DNA of 63,910 bases, counting the filler, from Octopus bimaculoides (taxonomy: Eukaryota), in the NCBI RefSeq assembly GCF_001194135.2. It is 6 parts of 5 records of this genome, joined end to end, with 100 filler letters (N's around TTAATTAATTAA, not from the genome) between each part and the next. Parts side by side here need not be neighbours in the genome. Positions count along the whole stretch, not along the records: positions 51,470 to 62,743 come from NC_068984.1; positions 62,844 to 63,910 come from NW_026399580.1; 4 more parts are not named here. One strand, written 5' to 3'. Each line of letters begins with the position of its first letter. Within the stretch, counting starts at the first letter, position 1. Made by a program: the position numbers and the translations under genes. A model generated the notes under the pieces. The model had not been told where the DNA came from. It ran no database searches and saw nothing but the letters and a program-made list of their open reading frames with translations. This document shows positions 51,695 to 63,910 of this stretch, one piece after another.

Positions 51695-52667
51695 AGACAC
51701 ACACACAAACATATATATATATATATATATACACATATATATAAACACACATATATACACATCTATACGGTACATTTGATAGTCACATCTCGAAAGCGAC
51801 GTGAGAGTGTTCAGATTTTGTTGGACGACCAGCTGAAATGATTTGTCCATAGTGATCAAATGCACGTGCTGTACATTAGCTTACTTCCTCTATCAAATCG
51901 ACATTGTCTGTGCCGGTGCACATGTGTGTCACAAGTCAGGTGTCGAAGTGATCGCAAAGCAATGTTGAATGATATGTCAAGAACACAACGCGCTGGCCAG
52001 TTCGCGAATTTTTTTCCCAAGAGAGTTCCCAACTCATGTAATGAACTCATTTGCATACAGCCAATCAGAGCTCACCTTGACCTTGTTGTTAAGTTAACAA
52101 ACACACTCTATTAAGTAAACTCAAGACGAATGACGGTGTTGTAAGTCGACCGATCGCGGTGTTATGCCTAATTTTAGGAGACAAGTAATTAGATAGATTT
52201 GCATCTATACCTATTATCGGATTTTGTTAGGGCCCCTTATAGGAAAAATGTGGATGGGGAAAATGTGGGTAGAGGGTGATGTGCTAGCAACCCCCTCTCC
52301 TTATTGCTTTACAAAGTAAATAGCAACACAAATAACTACGCAGAGGCAGGCATGGTTGAAACAAGAACAAGAACAATAAGCATTCTTAAAAGAGGAAAGA
52401 TGTATAGTCATTCCTTATCCAAGTGACCTTATCTTATCACCCATCACTTGTTATGAGCTCATAAATTAGTTTGATAGTTGAGCGCTGATCGACTGTATGC
52501 AAATCAGTTCATGACTGGAGTCCGGAACTCTCGTGGGAAAAACATTTCGTGGCCGGTCCAACAATCGAATTTGTGATCTATGGTCCGTGAATGAAACACC
52601 CTAACCACACACACACACACAAACGCACGCACACACACAAAAACCTATATATATATATATATATCTT

Positions 52668-52775
52668 TTACTCTTTTACTCTTTTACTTGTTTCAGTCAT
52701 TTGACTGCGGCCATGCTGGAGCACCGCCTTTAGTCGAGCAAATCGACCCCAGGACTTATTCTTTGGAAGCCTAGT
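52668..52775 (-). mobile_element. SINE family A 3' end
   Basis: TTACTTGTTTCAGTCATTTGACTGCGGCCATGCTGGAGCACC. Confidence 0.85.
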
Positions 52776-53377
52776 NNNNNNNNNNNNNNNNNNNNNNNNN
52801 NNNNNNNNNNNNNNNNNNNNNNNNNNNNNNNNNNNNNNNNNNNNNNNNNNNNNNNNNNNNNNNNNNNNNNNNNNNNNNNNNNNNNNNNNNNNNNNNNNNN
52901 NNNNNNNNNNNNNNNNNNNNNNNNNNNNNNNNNNNNNNNNNNNNNNNNNNNNNNNNNNNNNNNNNNNNNNNNNNNNNNNNNNNNNNNNNNNNNNNNNNNN
53001 NNNNNNNNNNNNNNNNNNNNNNNNNNNNNNNNNNNNNNNNNNNNNNNNNNNNNNNNNNNNNNNNNNNNNNNNNNNNNNNNNNNNNNNNNNNNNNNNNNNN
53101 NNNNNNNNNNNNNNNNNNNNNNNNNNNNNNNNNNNNNNNNNNNNNNNNNNNNNNNNNNNNNNNNNNNNNNNNNNNNNNNNNNNNNNNNNNNNNNNNNNNN
53201 NNNNNNNNNNNNNNNNNNNNNNNNNNNNNNNNNNNNNNNNNNNNNNNNNNNNNNNNNNNNNNNNNNNNNNNNNNNNNNNNNNNNNNNNNNNNNNNNNNNN
53301 NNNNNNNNNNNNNNNNNNNNNNNNNNNNNNNNNNNNNNNNNNNNNNNNNNNNNNNNNNNNNNNNNNNNNNNNNNNNN

Positions 53378-53409
<32 letters not shown>

Positions 53410-53611
53410 GTATACACACATATACATATATACATATATGTATGTGTATGTATGTATATCTGTATCATGGTTGCATCCCATATTTCCTCCTCGATGACTC
53501 TCTCTCTCTGTTGTCCGTCTCTCTCTTTTTTATGCCTCTCTTTCTTATTCCTGTATCCTGTAACAAGAAATTAGTGTACTGGGAATGTCCTCTTCAAAAT
53601 TCATGATACAG

Positions 53612-53653
53612 GATAAAGGAAGACAATAAACTTTTATCATTCTTAAAAGCGTG
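53612..53653 (+). CDS. Candidate exon (42 nt): IKEDNKLLSFLKA(W); alternative upstream acceptor at 53568
   Basis: Donor GTG|gtatgt; phase 2->2, compatible with 62068. Confidence 0.35.
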
Positions 53654-53959
53654 GTATGTATTTAAATAAAGGAATGTCCTCTGGCTTGCTCCCTGATGCT
53701 TGAGGACTAAAGAGTTCTCACGGAAAATATTTGTCAGTCTGCGTACTTCTATGTATGACTGATTTTATCTGTAGTTGTATGTGTACGTATAGCTTAGTGG
53801 ATTTGTACGCGTGTGCCCCTGCGAATAAATACACAGACTATTGTTTTCGAGACTCCAGTCGTTGACCTGTGACCATTCAAGTACAACATCATGTAATTAA
53901 GTCAACCCAAGGCCTTATTTTATAGATAACGACAGGAATTGAACGTTGATATCTATAAC

Positions 53960-54513
53960 GTTGTTGTTGTTGGCACTCCGTCGCTTACGACGTCGAGGGT
54001 TCCAGTTGATCCGATCAACGGAACAGCCTGCTCGTGCAATTAACGTGCAAATGGCTGAGCACTCTACACACACGTGTACTCTTAACACAGTTCTCGGGGA
54101 TATTCAGCGTGACACAGAGTGACAAGGCTGGCCCTTTGAATTACAGGCACAACAGAAACAGGAAGTAAGAGTAAGAGAAAATTGTGGTGAAAGAGTACAG
54201 CAGGGTTCGCCACAATCCCCTGCCGGAGCCTCGTGGAGCCCTAAGTGTTTTTGTTCAATAAACACTCGCAACGCCCGGTCTGGGAATCGAAACCGCGATC
54301 CTATGACCGCGAGTCCACTACCCTAACCACTGGGCCATTGCGCCTCCACTAACGTGCACGTGACTGAGCACTCCACAGACACGTGCACCCTTAACGTAGT
54401 TCTCAGGGAGATTCAGCATGGCACAGAGTGTGACATGGCCGGCCCTTTGAAATACAGGTACAACTCATTTTTGCCAGCTGAGTGGACTGGAGCAACGTGA
54501 AATAAAGTGTCTT
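53960..54513 (-). mobile_element. SINE B full copy (53960-54350) abutting a truncated head-2-type copy (54350-54513)
   Basis: Matches 12170-12560 and 28555-28880. Confidence 0.85.
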
Positions 54514-54790
54514 NNNNNNNNNNNNNNNNNNNNNNNNNNNNNNNNNNNNNNNNNNNNNNNNNNNATCTATAATAAAATGCTGCTATTTAACATTACGAAT
54601 GGCTGGAAGTTCTAACGATTCATACATCCATTCATACATACATACATACATACATACATACATACGTACGTATGTACGTACATATATACATACATGCATA
54701 CAAACATACATACATACATACATACATACATACATACATACATACATACATACACACACATACATACATATTTATGAATATAGAAACATA

Positions 54791-55200
54791 CATTCTATCA
54801 AATGAAGCATAACAGGCCGGATATTGTTGTTTGGGACAGAAGGGCAAAGGTATGTACCATCATAGAGGTTAGCTGCCCTGCAGATATATCTCTTTGAAAA
54901 TCAAAGATAAAGAGGATATCTATGGACAACTGCTTCGAAACCTCCAGCTTCTTTATCAAGACTATGAATTCATATTTATACCAATAATAATTGGAGTATT
55001 AGGTTTTGTTAGTAAATACTTAAAGGAGACTCTGAATAAACTGGGATGTTTAGAAAGAGAAATGGACCGGCTGATTCGTACAAGTCCAATCTGTGAGTGG
55101 AGCAGTAAAGACTTTTCTTAAGTTCCAAATGTGAATTGTCTGTGTTAACTACATCCCCAAAATGGAGACTTGTATCTTTGTTAGAAACCGGCTCCCTCCG
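54791..55200 (+). mobile_element. R4/Dong-clade RLE LINE 3' fragment (diverged subfamily)
   Basis: KHNRPDIVVWDRRAKVCTIIEVSCPAD; YGQLLRNLQLLYQDYEFIFIPIIIGVLG; TTAGAAACCGGCTC. Confidence 0.85.
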
Positions 55201-55781
55201 TATGTATGTATGTATGTATGTATGTATGTATGTATGTATATATACATAAGCAAAGCAGCTAGTTGTAAAATCTCAAGGAGAGATCAAAGTAGTAACTATA
55301 ATAACAAGTAGAGTTAATCACCACATCAAAGTGGTTGTTCCACGTTACTACAAGTTTCACCCCAAGTAGATCTACCGCCAGCTGGTTATCGGTGCAGCCT
55401 GTACCCTGTACATACATTTATATTGCTAGCAGAGGATCGAAACCCTAGCATTCCCTAGCAGACAACAGGTTCGCGAGATTGACTCAGTTTCGAGATGGTT
55501 GGCTCATCTTCAGTCGCGAGCACCTGATCGTCAGAGAGATAGCCAGAGTTCGCTCCAACCAGCAATATATATATATATATATATATATANNNNNNNNNNN
55601 NNNNNNNNNNNNNNNNNNNNNNNNNNNNNNNNNNNNNNNNNNNNNNNNNNNNNNNNNNNNNNNNNNNNNNNNNNNNNNNNNNNNNNNNNNNNNNNNNNNN
55701 NNNNNNNNNNNNNNNNNNNNNNNNNNNNNNNNNNNNNNNNNNNNNNNNNNNNNNNNNNNNNNNNNNNNNNNNATATATATA

Positions 55782-56183
55782 GGCACAGGATTGGCTGTGT
55801 GGTAAGTAGCTTGCTTACCAACCACATGGTTCCGGGTTCAGTCCCCACTGCGTGGCACCTTGGGCAAGTGTCTTCTACTATAGCCTCGAGCCGACCAAAG
55901 CCTTGCGAGTGGATTTGGTAGACGGAAGCTGAAAAAGCCTATCGTATATATATAGATATGTATGTATATGTTTGTGTGTCTGTGTTTGTCCCCCCAACAT
56001 TGCTTGACAACCGATGCTGTTGTGTTTACGTCCCCGTTACTTATCAGTTCGGCAAGAGAAACCGATAGAATAAATACTAGGCTTACAATGAATAAGTTCT
56101 GGGGTCGATTTGCTCGACTAAGCACGGTGCTCCAGCATGGCTGCAGTCAAATGATTGAAACAAATAAAAGAATAAAAGAATAA
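55782..56183 (+). mobile_element. SINE family A, full length and well conserved
   Basis: GGCACAGGATTGGCTGTGTGG ... TGAAACAAATAAAAGAATAAAAGA. Confidence 0.9.
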
Positions 56184-56186
56184 AAA

Positions 56187-56252
<66 letters not shown>

Positions 56253-56357
56253 CATATATATATATGCGTGAGTGTTTTTGTGTGTGTGGAGAGTGAGAGC
56301 ACGGAGAAATATGGAGAGATAGATAGATGTGTATATATTTATACGCAAGCATATAAG

Positions 56358-56445
<88 letters not shown>

Positions 56446-56944
56446 TGCGCACACATATACATGTAGTCAGAGAAAGCAAGAAATAAAGAAATATAGATTG
56501 CTAAAAAGATATTGTGCATATGCTCACACTAAGAAGAGAACATCCCCTAGTTCTCTGGATAGATATCTCTGAAATATCAGTTAAGCCCTTTGTGGAAAAT
56601 AATGGTCATTCATTTGGGGCTGGATCTGGAGCTTAGAGCTAACAGGTGAAAGTATTAGACAGCTGATAGGCTTCAGTCTTAGACGTCTTCAGTAAAGCAT
56701 ATCCTATGCAGTCAGCAGGACTGACAAATCGATATACAGATAGAGATTAATATATTGACACTGAATGCGAATAGCAAAATACATATGTATATGTGTGTCT
56801 TTATGTTACCAAGCGTACATACATATAAACCGCTTTCGTATGTTTATGTGTGAGTTTATACAGACATATATGCAGACACATATATATACACGCATAAATG
56901 TACTCACGTATATATAAGCACATGTGCATATACATGTGTGTGTG

Positions 56945-56983
<39 letters not shown>

Positions 56984-56984
56984 G

Positions 56985-57170
56985 TTGAAATTTACAGAAA
57001 AATAAAAGACGAAGACAGGTGTATAAACAACAAGCAGGTGTATTAGTTTGAGGCTAGGGAAGGTGTGAAAGTCTTTTACGTTTCGATCTTACTCTCTTCA
57101 ATAGAAAGAACACGAAGAAATAAACAGAGAGAGAATAAAAAAAACTTTTGGAGTTAGCGGTCAATGCATA
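56985..57170 (-). mobile_element. Repeat family H1 copy
   Basis: rc TCTTTCTATTGAAGAGAGTAAGATCGAAACGTAAAAGAC; abuts (TA)n. Confidence 0.65.
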
Positions 57171-57317
57171 CATACACATATACATACATGCAGTGACATC
57201 TTCCTGATGTCAAACTACCTGGAAATGTGATAAATTCCATATAATCACAATATTGTGTGTGAAACATAATCTTTTACAGTGCGACGTTTCTATTGTAGTT
57301 CAGTATATATATGTCCC

Positions 57318-57704
57318 AACTGAGACCCACCTAAACGACCGTCATTTAGAGGTTAACTGAAAATCAGAGACTTCATTGCCATTCACGCTGATAGGGCAGG
57401 CCGAAGAAAGGGCAGAGTTGTTGTTTTCCTCCATGATTCTTTCAGCGCAGGTGCCAAGAACATTTTCTCCAACGGCTACTGCGAATCAGTCTCTGTACAC
57501 AACAAGGGTAAAGACCTGTCTGTGATTGGACTCTACAGACCCCAACAAACACCCTTACACTATTTCCAAGTGTGCCTCGAGAAGATCAAATCTTTCTTCC
57601 TGCAATGTAACCCAGGAAATATTCTGATGATGGGCGACTTCAACCTACCCTCTGTAGACTGGTCCACTAATATTGTTAGACCAGGAACCTTCATCTCAAG
57701 CTAA
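57318..57704 (+). mobile_element. CR1/L2-like LINE AP-endonuclease fragment
   Basis: TETHL, DRAGRRKG, IGLYRP, MGDFNLPSVDW. Confidence 0.8.
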
Positions 57705-57759
57705 GACAAAGCAGCAGTGGAGTTACTTTTTTAATTTATGGATAATTTTTGTCCTGTCA

Positions 57760-57769
57760 TAATTCGTCG

Positions 57770-57807
<38 letters not shown>

Positions 57808-58035
57808 GTCATCAGTTGCAACAACAGCGGCAGAAAATGCGACAGCAGTAATTTCTGCACTTCATCACCACCACCGTCGCCACTGCTGCTACTACCGCCG
57901 TCATTATCGTCGCCATATTTATCCTCGACGTCACCATCGCCGTCTTCGTCGTCGTCGTCGTCGTCGTCGTCGTCATCATCACCCCCTACAACCAAGGCCA
58001 GCGTTATCGCCACAGCAACTACCATAACCACCATC
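57760..58035. repeat. (CAT)n/(CGT)n/(CAC)n trinucleotide region
   Basis: Direct reading. Confidence 0.85.
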
Positions 58036-58924
58036 ATTATTAAGCATATGCCTCATTTAGCGTATTCCTCTTTAAGCGTAGTGTGAAAGTTTTCTGCAAA
58101 AGGACCTCATTTGAACTTTAACTAAGTACTTAACCTAAATCTTCGCCTGCTTCCCGAAGCCGTGTATAGCAATAAGTAAATAACTAGATTTCCCGGAAAC
58201 CTGCTCTCCAGTTCTATTACTATTTCCACTACCACATACATACATGTCCGTACGTACATATATGGTGATTGTCTGTCCTGAATTACTCAAATGTTCTTCC
58301 TGTTCCTCTAGTTGTCTCTTCCTTTCTCTCTCTTTATTTCTCTATCGCCTTGACAACTGCAGTATTTTCACATAGAAATAATTATCCAGTTGGTGGTAAT
58401 AGACAGATAAATTAGATAAGGATTTCTTAGGTAGGTACGAAACAATAAACTGGAGATGAAGGAGGAAATGGGCAAATAGGAAGTTGTAATATGTATGCCT
58501 TTCCTGCTAAGTCGAAAACGACTGAAGTGAGGCGATCCTAAAATCTGGATTAAACTATACCAACATACATCATCATTTGACGGCATTAGCTATCCCACGC
58601 ATTAGATAATACCAGGGCCATGGCGCAGGACATACGCTACTTGGGGAAGTGATTTCTGATATCATGTTTCGATTCCTAGCTGGCACTATTGCCAAGACCT
58701 ATTCTGTTTCCCTAGAATTTAAACTAATGCTGAAGGGTTTATAATCACCATTGGCAGCCTATGTCTACATCGCAATTTTATTGATTTCCATTTGCGTATG
58801 TTCTCCCTAAACATTTTAACCTAAAAGTAATTGTGGAGTAAAATAAATCTGCAAACATACTCAAAATACACTACAGACACACGTGTACACATGTATTTGT
58901 GTGAGTATGTGTGATGTATATACA

Positions 58925-59050
58925 TGGGTGTGTGTAAGAAGCTTGCTTCCCAAACACATGGTTTCCGGGTTCAATCCCACTGCGTGGCACCTCGGGCCGA
59001 CCAGAGCCTTGTAAGTGGATTTGGTAGATGGACACTGAAAGAAACCCGTC

Positions 59051-59052
<2 letters not shown>
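58925..59052 (+). mobile_element. SINE family A 5' part; a 3' part lies at 59765-59982
   Basis: Head/box B and 3' domain matches. Confidence 0.8.
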
Positions 59053-59099
<47 letters not shown>

Positions 59100-59102
<3 letters not shown>

Positions 59103-59350
59103 GGAGAATTAAAAAACAAAACAAAAACAAAAGACAATGACTGGTGGTGTAGACAACAAACAGATGTATTAGTATAACACTCGGGAAGTGAAAAAGTCTT
59201 TAACGTTTCGAGCCTACGCTCTTTCACAGAAAGGAACACAGAAAGAAATAAGGCGCGAAAAAAGGGGAGACAATAGGAGAGAAAAAAGGAAGGGAAAAAA
59301 GGAGAGAAAAAAGAAATGTGTAGTGGCTAGCGTTCTATCATGGCGAATGC
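59100..59350 (-). mobile_element. Repeat family H1 copy flanked by (TA)n on both sides
   Basis: rc CCTTTCTGTGAAAGAGCGTAGGCTCGAAACGTTAAAGAC. Confidence 0.7.
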
Positions 59351-59356
59351 TGGACA

Positions 59357-59396
<40 letters not shown>

Positions 59397-59736
59397 GAGG
59401 ATATTATTGTTTATAATAATATAAGTGGCTTAGCATGCGTAAAAATCCCATAACGGTAAAAAAAATTATTAATCAATAATTAAGGGTACTAACAAGAAGT
59501 ACCAGCAGGCTAAATATAGCAGCCAAAACGATCAAACCACAACTTTTCACTTAAACACAAAGGTGAAAGCAGGCAAATGAATATAAACCCTAAAACCCCG
59601 TACCAATGACGAAAATAGTTGAAATTCACCTTTGTGTTAAAGTGAAAATTTGTGGTTTGGTCATTTTGACTGCTATATTTAGCATGCCGGTACTAGTTGT
59701 TACTATCCTTAAATTATTAATTGATATATATATATA

Positions 59737-59776
<40 letters not shown>

Positions 59777-60349
59777 TGTCTATGTATGTATGTATATATT
59801 TTTGTCTGTGTTTGTCCTCTCCCCCATCGGTTGACAACCGATGTTGCCGTGCTTACATCCCCATAACTTAGCGAAACCGATAGAATAAGTACTAGGCTTA
59901 CAAAGAATAAGTCCTGGGGTCGATTTGTTCAACTAAAGGCGGTGCTCCAGCATGGTCGCAGTCAAATGACTGAAACAAGTACATGCAACGTACATGATAA
60001 TTGAATTGCGGGAAGGTCACAAGCAAACCAGATCAAACTATTACTGTACCTGTAGCATGGTATGAAGGAATCTTATACATTAAGCTAAGAAGTAATTTGT
60101 AGCGTAGCTATAAAGGGCCCTAGCACATGCATTAACAATAAGATTTTTTTTTTTACTTCAGTTGTAAACTGAAATTTAAATGTTACATTTACTAGATCCA
60201 GCATGATCAAGTTTGTGGAAGATACTAGAAAAAGTGTATTTCATGTATATGTCAATGCCCGTTATCACAACCTTTTGTCTTTTACTTCTTTCAGTCATTG
60301 GACTGCGGTGATGCTAGGGCACCGCCTTGAAGGGTTTAGAGGAGCATAT

Positions 60350-60780
60350 CGAGACTTTCTTTTAGGGCTCTATAATGACTTGATAACCGCTTTATAAACT
60401 CCTCAGACGTAAAATGATTGTAACTGATAAAGCAATCCGTTCATCTTTTGATAAGCTTCCTTGTGATTTGATTGGGCAGAAAAGATGCAGTCAACAATGG
60501 CAAAAAAGTGCTTAGCTTTGAAAGGTCCGAGACACGTTTGTGATTCCACTTCTGGACCAAGAATGCTGGAACCAGTGAAAATGTTTTGCACGCGAAATAA
60601 TATTCCAAATGGCTATGTAGCTACGTTAGAAACAAATATAAAAAATTGGAGATCTATGTCACTATTATAGAAAATAGAAAGAGCAGTGTAGTCGTTATGA
60701 CAAATTGAATGCAGCTAGAACTCTCTGAGAAAATTGCTTGACTATGAGACTAAGTGTTTTAATGTCCGGTTCGGTTATTG
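60350..60780 (-). pseudogene. Decayed Gypsy-like LTR integrase fragment
   Basis: LGPFKAKHFFAIVD and NHFTSEEF resemble GPF.GK.FL.IVD and QFTS.EF motifs; frameshifts. Confidence 0.5.
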
Positions 60781-60902
60781 TCCTTTAACTAATAATATAA
60801 AATCGGCAAAATTTTTCAGAATATTGTGAGAAGCCGCAGTATTGCAAATGATTAAATAACGTCCTTATACCCTTCGAATTGGTACAAGTGTTTATCTTCC
60901 AC

Positions 60903-60949
<47 letters not shown>

Positions 60950-61316
60950 ACACACATACACACACACACACAGTATTATTATAGATAAATATGTACGCAA
61001 AGAAACATTTTCCATAACGCAAACCTTGTAATAGCCTCATACCGCGTATCTTAACAACAAATTTTCGCTCCATAAACAAGTCATTATACGAAACCAGTGG
61101 CTTCACTTCGAGAAGACCCCCACTTCCTCTCTAAGAAAAGTGCCCAGTGTTACAGGAAACTAGATGGGTTAGATGTTGCCTAACAAATGAGGTCAGTGCA
61201 TTTATAAACTATTAGGACTATGTGTAGAAACGCAACAAGCGTATATACTCTTTTACACACATATGTATATTTGTATATAAGTGTGTATATATGAAGGTAT
61301 ATGTGCATGTATTTAG

Positions 61317-61353
<37 letters not shown>

Positions 61354-61977
61354 AGTGTATATCACAGAGTGTATATGAATGAGTGTAATCAAGAGACACA
61401 TTCATGCAAATAGTAAAATGAAATCCTAAAACAACATCTGCATCACAGAAAAGAGCTGAACAGATGTTATGCTGAAACNNNNNNNNNNNNNNNNNNNNNN
61501 NNNNNNNNNNNNNNNNNNNNNNNNNNNNNNNNNNNNNNNNNNNNNNNNNNNNNNNNNNNNNNNNNNNNNNNNNNNNNNNNNNNNNNNNNNNNNNNNNNNN
61601 NNNNNNNNNNNNNNNNNNNNNNNNNNNNNNNNNNNNNNNNNNNNNNNNNNNNNNNNNNNNNNNNNNNNNNNNNNNNNNNNNNNNNNNNNNNNNNNNNNNN
61701 NNNNNNNNNNNNNNNNNNNNNNNNNNNNNNNNNNNNNNNNNNNNNNNNNNNNNNNNNNNNNNNNNNNNNNNNNNNNNNNNNNNNNNNNNNNNNNNNNNNN
61801 NNNNNNNNNNNNNNNNNNNNNNNNNNNNNNNNNNNNNNNNNNNNNNNNNNNNNNNNNNNNNNNNNNNNNNNNNNNNNNNNNNNNNNNNNNNNNNNNNNNN
61901 NNNNNNNNNNNNNTATATATATATATATATACTAATATATATATATATATACTAATATATATATACATATACACGCC

Positions 61978-62046
<69 letters not shown>

Positions 62047-62067
62047 GTATATATATTACTGGTACAG

Positions 62068-62151
62068 GCCACTTCCTCGAAGCCTATTGGGAATTATGTA
62101 TCACTTATTGCATCAAATGAAAATAAAACACTTCACTGAAGTTTTGTTTTG
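62068..62151 (+). CDS. Candidate exon (84 nt): PLPRSLLGIMYHLLHQMKIKHFTEVLF(W)
   Basis: Acceptor ttactggtacag|, donor TTG|gtacgt; open only in phase 2. Confidence 0.35.
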
Positions 62152-62587
62152 GTACGTTAAAAACAGGAATTGAGAGTATAAAATAGACAAACACACACAC
62201 ACATATATACACACACACCACATACACACACTCACAAAAACGTGCACTCATGCAGACACACATACACGCGCGCACACATGCGCACGTACACAGAGTTATT
62301 CTGTTAAGGAAGATCACTTCAAAGCAATCGATGAAGAAATTCCAACCATCAATAACTATGCACAACCAACTGCTATTATAAACAAAATGAAAATTCTGGG
62401 AACTAATAATAATGACATGATATTTATAGTAAACTATGAAGGAGAATTTTTCTTCGGATATTAATATCGAAAGAAATAGGATTTGAATGCTAAAGCAAAA
62501 AGCAAACAGGAGGGAGGGGAAAGGCTTCGAAAAAAAGCAAAAAACTATAAAGACATAAACGACCAGAGAAGACAAAAGTGTGTGTGT

Positions 62588-62635
<48 letters not shown>

Positions 62636-62929
62636 GTGTGTTTGCGTGCGTGTATTTTGCATGCGCAAGCAAAATTTTTGATGCCTTTACAGTGCAGCCT
62701 GCGTTGTTTATAATTTACTCAGAGATGCTTATAAATATCTAGTNNNNNNNNNNNNNNNNNNNNNNNNNNNNNNNNNNNNNNNNNNNNTTAATTAATTAAN
62801 NNNNNNNNNNNNNNNNNNNNNNNNNNNNNNNNNNNNNNNNNNNGGGGGGGGAAGATGGGGAGATTTATTGAGTCATATACATAAATGCTCATACATGTAC
62901 ATACATGCATCTAAAAATGTACAAATGTG

Positions 62930-63145
62930 TATACACACATATCTATAGATATGTACATACACATACACACTTGTATATACAAATATATAGTTATGCAGCC
63001 ATACACACACACATCTATAGATATGTACATACACATACACACTTGTATACACAAATATATAGTTATGTAGCCATACANNNNNNNNNNATGTAGCCATACA
63101 CATACACACTTGTATACACAAATATATAGTTATGTAGTCATACAC
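62930..63145. repeat. ~72-bp minisatellite derived from CA/TA microsatellite
   Basis: ATCTATAGATATGTACATACACATACACACTTGTATA...AAATATATAGTTATG.AGCC repeated. Confidence 0.8.
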
Positions 63146-63910
63146 ACACATACACACACAGATCCATCCATACAAACATGCACATATATAACATATATAC
63201 ATCCATACAAGCTCATATACATGCATAAATATATTCACACCACATACATATATACACTTACATTCAAAGACATGTGTGTACATTCACATGCACACATACA
63301 AAAGCATGCACAGATATACACATACACACATACATACATACATATGCATATATACCCCAACACACACATATGTACATATACATATGGTGAAAGCTTGTTG
63401 GAACAATAGAATAGTGAGATGTGATAACCATTACATGTTATCTATTTTGGTATCTCTTTCTGACATTCAAATCCTGCTGGAGTGGATCTTAACTGTTGTT
63501 TTACCTCGTGTTTGATTAACTAAAACTGGCAAAATACTACATGTCTATGGAGCTACAACATTTGCTCAGTGAATATGTGTGTGTGTGTGTACCATCATCA
63601 TCATCATTTGGTATCCATCTTCTATGTTGGCATGATTATGCATACACACACGTACGTACAGATTAAGTTTTTATGGGTCCCATTCTGCGGTGTAGTATAG
63701 CACTGAGACAAAAAATTGTTTACCGACCAGTAAGTTATTAAAAAATGTGTGTGTATGTATATGTATATATGTACACATACACATCATTAGTAAAGTGATC
63801 CAATTCCGTTGTTTAATAGTATCTCAGCCAATAGCTGTGAACAGGTTTAATATGCAGAACTCAAAAGTTAAGACCCAAATGGAGTTGATTATATATATAT
63901 ATATATATAT

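Noticed and set aside
56650-56710. CTGAAGA-GTC-TAA-GAC-GAAG hammerhead-like motif on minus strand
   Set aside because: GAAA is mutated, there is no stem I, and it is a single copy.
2585-63515. Long ORFs rich in YI/HT/VC/X or homopolymeric residues
   Set aside because: Translations of microsatellites and N gaps.
1-63910. CRISPR arrays, rRNA or prokaryotic operons
   Set aside because: None seen; the repeats are eukaryotic SINEs and microsatellites.

Overview
AT-rich, gap-riddled animal genomic DNA whose repeat content (CORE-like and Meta-like tRNA SINEs, Naiad-type Penelope-like element, Dong/R4, RTE, Tx1, mariner/maT, dense CA/TA/CATA microsatellites) points to a coleoid cephalopod, most likely Octopus (inference). 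There is no long intact CDS, and most ORF-track entries are microsatellite or N artefacts. Five 100-bp 44N-TTAATTAATTAA-44N blocks are artificial scaffold spacers. A chain of small, splice-site-flanked, partly frame-compatible plus-strand exon candidates (about 24.8-62.5 kb) suggests much of the window is intronic to an unidentified gene. The best novel candidate is a TA-associated, inverted-repeat-bounded repeat (3 copies, 2 subfamilies). It carries all hammerhead-ribozyme core elements in a non-circularly permuted, triple-pseudoknotted strand order, with covarying stem III. Two other repeat families carry canonical-order minimal hammerhead-like motifs.
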